IMG/VR virus record: IMGVR_UViG_3300023105_001655
Strand: one strand, 5' to 3'
DNA from: an uncultured virus (IMG/VR IMGVR_UViG_3300023105_001655)
Lineage: Duplodnaviria; Heunggongvirae; Uroviricota; Caudoviricetes
DNA: 56,851 nucleotides
Part shown: positions 46,046 to 55,413 of the stretch, piece by piece
Layout of the letters: each line of letters starts with the position of its first letter
Numbering within the stretch: position 1 is the first letter of the stretch
Notes under the pieces: model-generated
The model's input: the letters and a program-made list of their open reading frames with translations, nothing else
What the model was told of the DNA's origin: nothing
Databases searched by the model: none
Made by a program: the position numbers and the translations under genes

Positions 46046-46910
46046 TTATAATCAAATCAGTATCAGTAATCTGATGGCTGAGTTGAACAAACGACAAACC
46101 GAAGAGATTGATTTTGATTTGGTGCGTCACATGATCCTCAATACGATTCGCAGTTATAGAACACGTTGGGGCAAAGAGTATGGTGAAGTTGTTATCGCAT
46201 GTGATAACCGCCGATACTGGCGCAGAAAAGTATTTCCAAACTACAAAGCAAGCCGCAAAAAAGTGAGAGAAGATAGTGGATATGATTGGTCTACTATCTT
46301 TGAGTGTCTCGGCCAAGTCAAACAAGAACTGGCAGAGTATATGCCCTATCCAGTCATTGATGTCAATGGTGCAGAGGCAGACGATGTGATCGGCACACTC
46401 GCTGAGTATAGTCAGACATCTGACAAGTCTGGTTTGTTTGAGTCTGCTGAACCATTCTTGATTGTGTCTGCTGACCACGACTTCCAACAATTACAAAAGT
46501 GGGAGAACGTATCACAGTGGAGTCCTATCCGCAAGAAGTTTGTGAAGATTGATAAACCTGCCAGTGAAATACTCATGGAACACATTATCACTGGCGACAA
46601 GGGTGATGGTGTGCCAAACATTCTCAGTGATGACGATGTTTTTACCAATAACAAACGACAAAGACCGATCCGCAAAACTCTTATTGCTGAATGGAAGACA
46701 ATGAAACCAGAAGAGTGGGTTACTGGTGACATGGTAGAAGGATACATTCGTAACAAGACGATGGTTGATCTGTCACAGACGCCACAAGAAATAAAAGATG
46801 ACATCATCTCACAATATGAACTCCAAAAGAACAAGGGGCGTGATGATGTGTATAAGTATTTTAGTAAATTTAATTTGCATCGTTTAATTGAAAACGTAAA
46901 GGATTTTTAA
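46032..46910 (+). CDS. rnh: T4-type RNase H (5'-3' exonuclease)
   Basis: ILVD, YWRR..FP.YKA.R, EADD, S.D.DF.QL and GDKGDGVPN. Confidence 0.94.
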   Translation: MILVDYNQISISNLMAELNKRQTEEIDFDLVRHMILNTIRSYRTRWGKEYGEVVIACDNRRYWRRKVFPNYKASRKKVREDSGYDWSTIFECLGQVKQELAEYMPYPVIDVNGAEADDVIGTLAEYSQTSDKSGLFESAEPFLIVSADHDFQQLQKWENVSQWSPIRKKFVKIDKPASEILMEHIITGDKGDGVPNILSDDDVFTNNKRQRPIRKTLIAEWKTMKPEEWVTGDMVEGYIRNKTMVDLSQTPQEIKDDIISQYELQKNKGRDDVYKYFSKFNLHRLIENVKDF

Positions 46911-46911
46911 A

Positions 46912-47406
46912 ATGAAGTTTAGACAAACAAACGAAGGTTTTGAGTGGGTATTCAAGGGCGAATCTGTCGAGGATCAAGTTGCCAGACTGAAGTCTTGGGC
47001 TAAAACCAATCAAACCCTTGTGCCACTTGTACGCATTGGGGTTGGTGCTCAGAAAGTAGAGTGGAATCTACCAGAAGGACAACCAGAGACACTTAAAATC
47101 AAAGAAGATATTCCAGATGGTATGGGTGAAACAACCATTCAGTTGGAGTGGCGCAGAGTGTCGCAGTTTTTCACTGAAGGCAGTAACATGAATAAACTGA
47201 GAGATTGGAAACGTGAGACCCAGTGGTTGCAGATTCTTGAGGGTGTACACCACAAAGAAGCAAAGATACTTACAGCAGTGAAAGATGGAAAACTGCTAGA
47301 GTTGTATCCCGATCTAGAAAAATTAATGGAACCGCTTGGTATTACAGAATATAACAAACCAACACCGGCCAAGAAGAAGAGAGCTCCCCGCAAGAAAAAG
47401 TCATGA
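46912..47406 (+). CDS. Conserved T4-like hypothetical protein
   Basis: W.LPEG.P and KRE....Q.LEG.H..EA..L..VKD motifs. Confidence 0.7.
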   Translation: MKFRQTNEGFEWVFKGESVEDQVARLKSWAKTNQTLVPLVRIGVGAQKVEWNLPEGQPETLKIKEDIPDGMGETTIQLEWRRVSQFFTEGSNMNKLRDWKRETQWLQILEGVHHKEAKILTAVKDGKLLELYPDLEKLMEPLGITEYNKPTPAKKKRAPRKKKS

Positions 47407-47816
47407 TAGATTCTAATTATGTAAAGAAGAGAGTGTCGAGGGGCATTCTCCACATTGAGAAGGCTTTACTACTATTCATTGTTGCTGGTACGGTGTGGGC
47501 TGCTGGGTATGATATTGTTGGCATGTTTGGTCAACAAGGCAAAATGGCTCTCGCTGATCTTTTCTTGTTGTTCATTTATGCTGAGATACTTGGCATGGTG
47601 GGTGCATTCTATAATGACCACAGAATACCAGTCACGCTTCCTATCATTATCGCAATTACCGCATTGACTCGTATGATTGTATTGACCACGAAGGGAACCG
47701 AACCAGTGAACATAATTTACGAAAGTCTCGGCATTTTTGTGTTGGCAATATCTGCATTCATACTCAGTTATAAAGACAAACTATCACTAGAAAAAGTAAA
47801 TTTGAGGAAATCCTAA
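47403..47816 (+). CDS. psiE: Phosphate-starvation-inducible PsiE-family membrane protein
   Basis: Four TMs; LLFIY.E...M....Y...RIP...P..IAITAL.R.. Confidence 0.8.
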   Translation: MIDSNYVKKRVSRGILHIEKALLLFIVAGTVWAAGYDIVGMFGQQGKMALADLFLLFIYAEILGMVGAFYNDHRIPVTLPIIIAITALTRMIVLTTKGTEPVNIIYESLGIFVLAISAFILSYKDKLSLEKVNLRKS

Positions 47817-47818
47817 AA

Positions 47819-48013
47819 ATGAAAGAACAGATTAAAACAACATTGAGCTCTTTCTTTGTTGCTATGCGTGATCGTCATATGACTAATGCTAGAATTCTGA
47901 CAGAAAAATCTGTTGGTGTTGCTGAACACCCAGATGTCATGCAGACCATTGAAGAAGAACTTGGTAGGGCAGCAGAGTATCAAGACAAACTAGAAATGTT
48001 AGAAAAACTCTAA
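47819..48013 (+). CDS. Small hypothetical protein
   Basis: VGVAEHPD....IE.EL...AEY.DKLE motif common in marine phages. Confidence 0.7.
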   Translation: MKEQIKTTLSSFFVAMRDRHMTNARILTEKSVGVAEHPDVMQTIEEELGRAAEYQDKLEMLEKL

Positions 48014-48534
48014 TGTCTAGAGCATCAAGATTCTTTTTGTTTCAAACCAGAAATGAATTTTGGATTGTAGACGAAAACTCTCTGCAACTTGTACCCAAAC
48101 CCAGAGAATTGATTATTAAACAATCAACGGTGGAGGGTGTGCGAGAGTATGTTATTACTTACAACAAAAAGGATTGGCCCATAGTTGATAAATGCAGAGA
48201 CAGAACTGCATGGCACACACCAGAGGGCAGAGAACGGATTCGCCAAGCAAAACTAGGTGACAAACACCCCCACAAAAATGGTTTGAGTGAAGACCACAAA
48301 AAGAAAATATCCGAGACAATGAAGGGCACACGGCAGGGAGAGTTTAATCCCATGTATGGGCGTAAACACTCACTAGAAACACTCGCCAAGATTCGCCAGA
48401 AGGCGTATGAGAGACCCAAGATGCGCTGGTGTGTCGAACCCACGGGAAAAATGCATCTTGTCAGGGCGGATTCCGACATCCCAGAAGACTGGCAATGGGG
48501 CCGATTTTACGACAAATACCGCCCAGTATCGTAA
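48013..48534 (+). CDS. NUMOD3-repeat DNA-binding protein (homing endonuclease-like, no clear catalytic domain)
   Basis: HTPEGRERIRQAKLG, SEDHKKKISETMKG and NPMYGRKHSLETLAKI repeats. Confidence 0.7.
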   Translation: MSRASRFFLFQTRNEFWIVDENSLQLVPKPRELIIKQSTVEGVREYVITYNKKDWPIVDKCRDRTAWHTPEGRERIRQAKLGDKHPHKNGLSEDHKKKISETMKGTRQGEFNPMYGRKHSLETLAKIRQKAYERPKMRWCVEPTGKMHLVRADSDIPEDWQWGRFYDKYRPVS

Positions 48535-48645
48535 GCCCTTGATTTTATTGAAGAAAATAATTTCAACTTTTTTGCTTTATCCTTTTGAATCAATGGCTTA
48601 CAGAGGCAGCTTTTTCTTGACTTCTGCTTCCAGATGGCTTATAAT
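48531..48645 (+). promoter_or_regulatory. Early sigma70 promoter with two inverted IHF-consensus boxes
   Basis: GTAAGCCCTTGATTT 48531-48545, GAATCAATGGCTTAC 48587-48601, TTGACT 48617-48622, 17 bp, TATAAT 48640-48645. Confidence 0.8.
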
Positions 48646-48677
48646 GGCCACATAAGATGATGAAAGAGAGAGTGAAT

Positions 48678-48914
48678 ATGGTTATTGATTTTGTTGGTGC
48701 TCAGGATGGTGGTCTGGTCTTCTTTGGCGATGCTGCTGATCCTATTGGTTATGGTTCTACTGTCGAAGAATGTGCAGAGATCATCGCAAAAAATGGTCTC
48801 GCTTCTCAGGTATCAGGATCGTCTTCAATGGACTTTGCCAGTGAAGAGGGTTTTGAAAATGATGATGATGCCATGATCATGTTCCGCAACGCAATCAAAT
48901 TGTCAGGGGTTTAA
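48678..48914 (+). CDS. Hypothetical early protein
   Basis: ATG after the (GA)n leader; SSSMDF..E.GF motif. Confidence 0.65.
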   Translation: MVIDFVGAQDGGLVFFGDAADPIGYGSTVEECAEIIAKNGLASQVSGSSSMDFASEEGFENDDDAMIMFRNAIKLSGV

Positions 48915-48917
48915 TTT

Positions 48918-49346
48918 ATGAAAGTTGTTATCTACACTCAGTTTATGGAAAACTATGGCGCCCACGATTGGGACGGTAAGGGTGAGTGCCCGCAGTACTG
49001 GAAGTCTAAGGGCGGCTCTTGCTTTGTTGTAGAGGCTTCGTTGGAGCAGGCCATGTCTGGCCAGTTTTTCACTGATGTGGCTAAGTGCATCGAGTATCGC
49101 AATGATTATGCTGAAGAGTATATTGTTGGCGAAAACCTAGTCGATGATATCGACTTTGACCCCGCTACAGTTGTAGAAGAGTGGGATACCGCTATCTACG
49201 CTGAACTCGTTGATGGCAAGTTGTCTTGCCGTGAGGATGTAAAGGACTATACTATGGCTCGCAATATCGTTGGTGAGCGCACATGGTCGCAGGATGAAAA
49301 CGGCCGATATGATGTGGCCCTAGAAAAATTTGAGGAGGCCGCTTGA
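48918..49346 (+). CDS. Hypothetical early protein
   Basis: TQ..ENYGAHDWDG.GECPQYWK.KGG motif. Confidence 0.7.
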   Translation: MKVVIYTQFMENYGAHDWDGKGECPQYWKSKGGSCFVVEASLEQAMSGQFFTDVAKCIEYRNDYAEEYIVGENLVDDIDFDPATVVEEWDTAIYAELVDGKLSCREDVKDYTMARNIVGERTWSQDENGRYDVALEKFEEAA

Positions 49347-49927
49347 AAAACAAATTTATTTTAACCGACTGTGATGGGGTTTGCCTTGATTGGGAGACCG
49401 CATTCATGGGATGGTGTAGGCACAATGGAATGGTTCCCGTGGAGGGATACCAGTTGATGTACAAAATCAACGAAAGGTTTAACATTACCCCAGAAGAGGG
49501 GAAGAGACTTACCAACCAATTCAACAGCAGTGCCGCTATTGGTTTTCTGCCACCTTTGCGTGATGCCCAATGGTTCATTCGCAAATTGTTTGAACAACAT
49601 GGATACCTATTTGTTGCCGTGACTAGTCTTCATAGTGATCCGTATGCACAGGAATTGCGAACTCAAAACCTACGAAAATTATTTGGTGATGCCTTTGTTG
49701 GGTTTCATTATCTAGACTGTGGTGCTGATAAAGATGAAATCCTTGAACGATTGTCGCATAAATATTATGGAGCACCGTGGATTGAAGACAAACCAGTAAA
49801 CGCAGATGTTGGTGCTGAGTTTGGATTCAATTCATTCCTAATGGAACACGGCCATAATATGGATTATCAGGGGCCGGCAACGATTGTCAAAAGTTGGGAG
49901 CAACTATATGACATTCTGAAAGGATAA
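49343..49927 (+). CDS. HAD-superfamily phosphatase (T4 gp30.2-like)
   Basis: DCDGV motif I, VTS and WIED. Confidence 0.8.
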   Translation: MKNKFILTDCDGVCLDWETAFMGWCRHNGMVPVEGYQLMYKINERFNITPEEGKRLTNQFNSSAAIGFLPPLRDAQWFIRKLFEQHGYLFVAVTSLHSDPYAQELRTQNLRKLFGDAFVGFHYLDCGADKDEILERLSHKYYGAPWIEDKPVNADVGAEFGFNSFLMEHGHNMDYQGPATIVKSWEQLYDILKG

Positions 49928-49930
49928 CAA

Positions 49931-50164
49931 ATGATCACACTTGAACAGGTTATTATCATACTAGTTTGTATGGGAGGTTGCTCCTATACTAGCTACAAGG
50001 CTGGATTTAAACAGGGCGGTATGATTCATGGTGCGGTCTATATGGCTGTAGTGGAAGAATTTCTTTCTCGTAAAATGGGCAAGGAATGGTTTGCAACTAC
50101 ATTTGGAAAGGATAATAAAATCTTTACAAGGTTTTTGGAAAGAGAATTGTCGGAAGATGATTGA
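49931..50164 (+). CDS. Small membrane-anchored protein
   Basis: AAGGA SD, hydrophobic N-terminus. Confidence 0.6.
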   Translation: MITLEQVIIILVCMGGCSYTSYKAGFKQGGMIHGAVYMAVVEEFLSRKMGKEWFATTFGKDNKIFTRFLERELSEDD

Positions 50165-50229
50165 GTTTTTATTATATGTTGCTGGTGGGATTGTTTTTGT
50201 CCTTTGGTGGCACATAAAAGGGGAAGAAG

Positions 50230-50595
50230 ATGTATGAGTACAAAGTAATCATTGACAGATGGGTTGATGGTGATACCGTTGATGTGCATATCGATCTAGG
50301 TTTTGGAGTCTGGCTCAATGATCAAAGAGTCAGACTTTATGGTATTAACACGCCAGAAAGTCGTACCAGAGATTTGGAAGAAAAGAAATTGGGTCTTGCT
50401 GCAAAAGATTACTGTGTGAACTTTTGCCCAGAAGGCGAGACTGCCGTTCTTAAAACAAAAACATATGATGCCAAGGGCAAGTATGGTCGTATCCTTGGTG
50501 AGATTTGGTCAGACAAAGAATACGCTGATCAGTCATTGAATGAATACTTGGTGGAAAAGGGACATGCAGTCAGATACTTCGGCGGAAAAAGATAA
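50230..50595 (+). CDS. Thermonuclease (SNase-like)
   Basis: VDGDT, RVRLYGINTPE, GKYGRILG and LVE.G.A. Confidence 0.9.
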   Translation: MYEYKVIIDRWVDGDTVDVHIDLGFGVWLNDQRVRLYGINTPESRTRDLEEKKLGLAAKDYCVNFCPEGETAVLKTKTYDAKGKYGRILGEIWSDKEYADQSLNEYLVEKGHAVRYFGGKR

Positions 50596-51562
50596 TTATA
50601 TTATTACTGGTGGATGTTCTTTTACGGCACACACAGACAAAAAAACTTTATCATGGGCCAGACAACTAGAATCTGAATTAGGAAGAGATTCTGTTATCCA
50701 TGCTGCACAGATGGGTTCTGGAAATCAGATCATCTGTGATCGTTTATGTTATGAACTATCAAAACCAGAGAGAAGAAAAAATGCTGCTGGTGTGGTAGTG
50801 ATGTGGTCATCGCCATTTAGAAAAGAATTCTTGTTCACTCACGAAGACCCAGACTGGAGAGATATCTACAATGGGTTAAGGAAAGAACAGCAGACTACTT
50901 TTACCAATTATTTCCTCACCGAAAATAATGAGAAAATAAAACACCCGATGTCGAATTGGTTGATCATTGGGGGTGGTTATGGTATATGGGATTTTGGTAT
51001 ACCGTCATTAGATAGACGCATTAGGTCTTATTTCGATAACAATTTTAGCAAAGCACAATGTTATGTTGACACATGTCGTGCCATAATTACTCTACAGTCT
51101 TTGTGCAAATCCTATGGCGTACCTTTGATGAACATGTGTTGGCAGAATATATTTCACGATGTACACGTTAGACCAACAGATGAAATTCATGGCAACGGCG
51201 ATAGAAACTTAATCTCTGGACAAGCAACTATGGGTTGGTTGGCTAGAAGACTGTGGGACAACACAGAAAAAACTACAACGCCGTTGCCAGAAAATATGAA
51301 GGCAGAATTCAAAAACAAAAGAATTGAAAAGATGTATCCAGACTGTAAACATTGGATGGATATGATTGATTGGGACACTTGGTTTTTTTATGAGAACGAC
51401 AGCGTTGTTCAAGGTGGACTACAAGAATTTAGATATTGGGAGTGTGGTGATTTTGCAGAAAATCTGATGTATCACCCGCCTACTGATGTCCAAAATGCAT
51501 GGATGAAATTGGTTAAAAAGGAACTGATTAAACGTGGCATGATAGGAGATAATAATGAATAA
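50564..51562 (+). CDS. SGNH/GDSL-like protein
   Basis: GGCSFT, GSGN..I, VMWS and terminal YHP. Confidence 0.55.
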   Translation: MQSDTSAEKDNYIITGGCSFTAHTDKKTLSWARQLESELGRDSVIHAAQMGSGNQIICDRLCYELSKPERRKNAAGVVVMWSSPFRKEFLFTHEDPDWRDIYNGLRKEQQTTFTNYFLTENNEKIKHPMSNWLIIGGGYGIWDFGIPSLDRRIRSYFDNNFSKAQCYVDTCRAIITLQSLCKSYGVPLMNMCWQNIFHDVHVRPTDEIHGNGDRNLISGQATMGWLARRLWDNTEKTTTPLPENMKAEFKNKRIEKMYPDCKHWMDMIDWDTWFFYENDSVVQGGLQEFRYWECGDFAENLMYHPPTDVQNAWMKLVKKELIKRGMIGDNNE

Positions 51563-51671
51563 GACTGTCACTGGTCAAATGTGTATGGGCGCATTGTGCG
51601 TTATGGGTGCTTGGGTATTTTATAAACTTGGGTTAGAATTGTGGTGTCTAGCATATGGGATGTTCATGTGA
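51555..51671 (+). CDS. Small membrane protein (38 aa)
   Basis: AGGAG SD, hydrophobic; stop overlaps the GTG of the next gene. Confidence 0.55.
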   Translation: MNKTVTGQMCMGALCVMGAWVFYKLGLELWCLAYGMFM

Positions 51672-53167
51672 TTAAAATTAGATGGTATGTTTTTGTGGTA
51701 TTTCTGTTCATGGCATGGTTTGCTGGTGCAGCGTATGCCGAAGAACTTTATGAGATTGTCGTGGAGGCGGCACCTCGCCAGACATTTGAACCCAAACCAA
51801 ACTTAGATTTCACTGTCGCTGAGATTCTTGATCCTAGTCAATCATTCACTCAAGGTGGGTATGGTGGTTTCGCTGGATATCGTGAACGAGGGCAACAGAC
51901 TATTCACTCGCAGATATATCGCAACGGAATCCCAGTCAACGATTCTGGTACGGGTTGGTATGACTTTGCTCACGATATCCCCACAGGCGGCGAGAGAATC
52001 ACGCTGGTGCAGGGTTCTAACTCTACAATCTATGGTTCTGGTTCACTCGCTGGAACTGTTTTTATCAACGATACGTTTGATAATCGTTTTATGATTCGTG
52101 CCGGATCAAAGAGTGCCATGACACACATATCAAGTGACTTGGGTTTTTCTTTCACGGCATTTGGTGCTAACAATGATTCGGTCAGGTCTGACAATGACGA
52201 AGACGACATGTACAAAAATTATACGGTGCGTGGAGAGTACGGCAATTTCAATTTAGTTTATACTGACTATTCCTATGACTACGATAGGTGCTACCAGCCT
52301 ACCTTTGATGAGAATTTTGTCATGACACTATTTTCTGATGAGTGTAAACAGGAAGGCAACCGTGGCACAGTATCGTACAATGATGAGAATATAACAGTTG
52401 GCTACAGTTGGAACAATGCTGACTTCCCCAATGAGGGCAGTGGTTATGAAAGTAAGTCGCAACGATTCTACACTGATGCTAGACAGATGTTTTATGATGT
52501 GTTGATCGGTGCGACAATCAACGCAGAAAGATTCGCAGGACAAACCAGAGAACGGGTCGAGGCGTATGCTGAGTACGGTGGTTTTTCTGTTAGAACTGAC
52601 GGTGACAATGTAGTTGCCAGAGTTGGGTTTTCGGTTCCCCTGCTCACTGGTATTAATGTCGCCATAGGATCATCTTATCGGGAACCAACACTATATGAAG
52701 AGAACGGAGACGCTTACGTTATGTCGAACAACAATCTAAATCCAGAAGAATCTGCCGGTATTGATATCTCACTGGGCCCAGTAACGGCATTCGCATATAA
52801 TTTTGATGAGGGTATTACCTACAATTTTGAAAACAATCAGTTTCAGAATACGGGCGACTACTCTACCAGTGGTGTGCGATTCCAAGACAATTACACTTTT
52901 GGTGATGTGAACTTTTCGGTATTCGCTGGGTACACTGACAGTGATCAGCCATTTGTATCGGAGTGGAAAGGTTCTGTGACCGCTGAGTGGAAAGACTTCA
53001 CGACTCAGATCAATAGCAATCAGTGGGCAACCACAATTGACTTTACCTATGAGAACAGTGGATTTTTTGCTACGGTGAGCAATCTCACTGATGAAGTCTA
53101 TGAAATCCAGTACGGGTATCCCGTTGGGGGTGTCGAGTTTCATGTTGGGTATCAGCATGGATACTGA
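51668..53167 (+). CDS. TonB-dependent outer-membrane receptor (BtuB-like, compact)
   Basis: Signal peptide ending AYA, TonB-box-like EIVVEA, plug motifs RG...NGIP.ND and ERI..V.GS.S..YGSG...G, YREPTL.E, L.PE, NL.DE.Y, aromatic C-terminus. Confidence 0.85.
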   Translation: MIKIRWYVFVVFLFMAWFAGAAYAEELYEIVVEAAPRQTFEPKPNLDFTVAEILDPSQSFTQGGYGGFAGYRERGQQTIHSQIYRNGIPVNDSGTGWYDFAHDIPTGGERITLVQGSNSTIYGSGSLAGTVFINDTFDNRFMIRAGSKSAMTHISSDLGFSFTAFGANNDSVRSDNDEDDMYKNYTVRGEYGNFNLVYTDYSYDYDRCYQPTFDENFVMTLFSDECKQEGNRGTVSYNDENITVGYSWNNADFPNEGSGYESKSQRFYTDARQMFYDVLIGATINAERFAGQTRERVEAYAEYGGFSVRTDGDNVVARVGFSVPLLTGINVAIGSSYREPTLYEENGDAYVMSNNNLNPEESAGIDISLGPVTAFAYNFDEGITYNFENNQFQNTGDYSTSGVRFQDNYTFGDVNFSVFAGYTDSDQPFVSEWKGSVTAEWKDFTTQINSNQWATTIDFTYENSGFFATVSNLTDEVYEIQYGYPVGGVEFHVGYQHGY

Positions 53168-53345
53168 CAAAGTTTTGCGTGCCATGTACCATGCTGATCT
53201 TGCCGTGATGGAAGGTGCTAATAAACCTCTGATCACTTATGAAGAGTGGTACGCAAAAAGACCGTGGATATACGAAAGTCCAGATAAGGGCGAAACCGTG
53301 TATCGCCGTAAGTTTGGTGACAAAAAGAGAGAACAAATTAGGTGA
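53157..53345 (+). CDS. Small hypothetical protein
   Basis: IYESPD.G.TVYRR.FG motif common in marine myophages. Confidence 0.65.
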   Translation: MDTDKVLRAMYHADLAVMEGANKPLITYEEWYAKRPWIYESPDKGETVYRRKFGDKKREQIR

Positions 53346-54334
53346 ACGTAGTTTCTTCTGATGATAAAAATGTTTACATATCATGCCTATTAGCAAGGGA
53401 TGCTGATGGCCACCGAACTGTAGATAATGATGCTCTCAAAGAGATAGTATCCGAACACGGCAAGGACAAAAAATATACTTTGTTCAATTTGTGGGAAGAG
53501 ATAGTGCGATTTGTTGACATTTCTTTCGTGGAAGAGAATTCTGATATATCTTTTTGCATCGAAGACAATTCTTTTCGTGATATGAATCATACTCTGCCTA
53601 GAAATATGTATCACGGCAAAAACCCTTACTATTTTTTGTATCTAACAATATCTCATGGCAAGACACATGTAAATCAAGAGATCACTATTCCGTTTTGTTT
53701 TCTTAACGGCAAATCTAGACCCTTTAGACAGAAATTATGGGACAAGGTGGAGAAAGATGGACTGATCAATCAGTATTGTTCTTTTTTACGGAACGGGGTG
53801 TTCGCTGATATAGAATTCAATATTGCCGATAGTTTGAAACAACCAGACATGGTAACGAAAATTGCTTTCAATCCTGCTGAATTTTATGATAGAGTATTGA
53901 TAGATGTTTATGTTGAACCAGAGGTAAATACGTTGAGGTTTACCGAAAAAACATGGAAACCTCTGCTACATGAAAAGATTGCATTCGGATTTTCGGCACA
54001 GAACTATTATCGCAATTTGAAGTGGTTGGGGTTCAAGATGCACGATAACGTTATTGACTATTCTTTTGACAGTATAGAAGATAATGAAGAAAGACTTGAA
54101 GGATTTTATGAACAGTTTAAAAAATTGCTAAATATTAAACTGTCCGATTTGGTAGAGATAACAGATACGGAGAGAATGCATAATCGAAAGAGATGTTTAA
54201 CATTAATTCAGAATGCTGAGGTTCCAGAGTTACCAATATTTGAAACCAAGGATTTTTTTGAATTACAAAAGCGTGATGCTAGAGGAATGATTGATTGGCC
54301 TAGAGGAAAAGTATATGAGTGGCAAGGGAAGTAG
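53342..54334 (+). CDS. Glycosyltransferase-like protein (paralog of 32234-33166)
   Basis: FLNG..RPFR...FTEKTWKP...GF...IDYSFD...R.HN. Confidence 0.45.
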   Translation: MNVVSSDDKNVYISCLLARDADGHRTVDNDALKEIVSEHGKDKKYTLFNLWEEIVRFVDISFVEENSDISFCIEDNSFRDMNHTLPRNMYHGKNPYYFLYLTISHGKTHVNQEITIPFCFLNGKSRPFRQKLWDKVEKDGLINQYCSFLRNGVFADIEFNIADSLKQPDMVTKIAFNPAEFYDRVLIDVYVEPEVNTLRFTEKTWKPLLHEKIAFGFSAQNYYRNLKWLGFKMHDNVIDYSFDSIEDNEERLEGFYEQFKKLLNIKLSDLVEITDTERMHNRKRCLTLIQNAEVPELPIFETKDFFELQKRDARGMIDWPRGKVYEWQGK

Positions 54335-54602
54335 ACCGAGACCCTATTCGGTAGACAATGAAACGTTTGCTAGTAATTGGGATCGGATTTTTAGTAAGAA
54401 ATCTGGTATGGTAGGCAGAATGAAGTACGCCATCAAAGTATCGACCAATGACTCTTTTTATTATATCACTGAAGACACGGGTTCCTGTGCTGATTTGGTG
54501 GTAGAATTGTTCGAAACAAGAGAAGAAGCAGAGGAAACAGCCAACACTATTCGTGCTGCTGGATGTGGTGGTACAGTAGAAATCATACAGTGGTTAGATT
54601 AA
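54315..54602 (+). CDS. Hypothetical protein
   Basis: GAGG SD; GKGSRPRP.SV...F..NWDRIF N-terminal motif. Confidence 0.6.
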   Translation: MSGKGSRPRPYSVDNETFASNWDRIFSKKSGMVGRMKYAIKVSTNDSFYYITEDTGSCADLVVELFETREEAEETANTIRAAGCGGTVEIIQWLD

Positions 54603-54609
54603 TTTTGTA

Positions 54610-54638
54610 TTGACTTCCGATACAAAAGATGATAAGAT
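54610..54638 (+). promoter_or_regulatory. Sigma70-type promoter
   Basis: TTGACT-17 bp-TAAGAT with extended TG. Confidence 0.65.
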
Positions 54639-54671
54639 TTAATCTTAGATTGTTCAAGTAAGGAATTTATC

Positions 54672-55130
54672 ATGAAAATTGAAGTAGGAAAAGAGTACAC
54701 CATTCACCCGATGTACAAAAAGAGTTTTGACCAGTGGGAAGTATGGAAAGATAACGAGAGCGGTGACCGTTGCCGAGTTGAGTCTAACTTTCGATCTGGT
54801 GCATATATCGTAAAGATCACCAACGAAGAAGAGAAAGAACTGCTCGAGTCTTATCTTGATGAGAGTGCTAGTGGTCAATGTGAACCAGAGTGCGAATTCT
54901 CCGAGTTTGAAATGGTAGATTATTTCGATGAGTGCGCCTGTTTCTACTATCCCATACTGACCGAGAATTCTCCTCTGTCTGATGAATGGTTAGATGAAGA
55001 ACTGTGCGAAAATGGAACCAGTTGGTTCTTTGACAACAATTGGGATCACGAATATACAGAGGTGTTTATGGGTTTGCCCTTGACTGCCGATGAGGTTGAC
55101 CCCGACAACCGATATCAAACGAGGTTTTGA
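54672..55130 (+). CDS. Acidic hypothetical protein
   Basis: AAGGA SD, clean ORF after the promoter. Confidence 0.7.
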   Translation: MKIEVGKEYTIHPMYKKSFDQWEVWKDNESGDRCRVESNFRSGAYIVKITNEEEKELLESYLDESASGQCEPECEFSEFEMVDYFDECACFYYPILTENSPLSDEWLDEELCENGTSWFFDNNWDHEYTEVFMGLPLTADEVDPDNRYQTRF

Positions 55131-55132
55131 TC

Positions 55133-55396
55133 ATGAGTGAAGAAAAGTATGTGTGGCATCGCCCTCACAAGTCCGAAGAGTATTATGAAAGCCAAATCTG
55201 TGACCAAGTATGGGAACAGATCACTGAGCATTTTGGTGTTGGAGAGATTACTGAAATCACTCCAGACCAAGTGAAAGAGATTGAAGAGTGGCGTGAAGAG
55301 AATCTGAGCGAGTACAGTGTACTTCAAGTAGGATTCTCAAACTTCATTCAGCAGTGGGAATCAGAACGATGGGAAGCTGGTCTAGACGATGGGTGA
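55133..55396 (+). CDS. Acidic hypothetical protein
   Basis: GAGG SD, operon context. Confidence 0.65.
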   Translation: MSEEKYVWHRPHKSEEYYESQICDQVWEQITEHFGVGEITEITPDQVKEIEEWREENLSEYSVLQVGFSNFIQQWESERWEAGLDDG

Positions 55397-55413
55397 AACA
55401 TGGGTGAAACATG
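55389..55413 (+). repeat. 11-bp tandem duplication ATGGGTGAAAC x2 followed by ATG
   Basis: Direct reading of the sequence. Confidence 0.85.

Noticed and set aside
48407..48655. 82-aa ORF across the early promoter
   Set aside because: It runs through the AT-rich promoter module and overlaps the NUMOD3 gene; no protein-like features.
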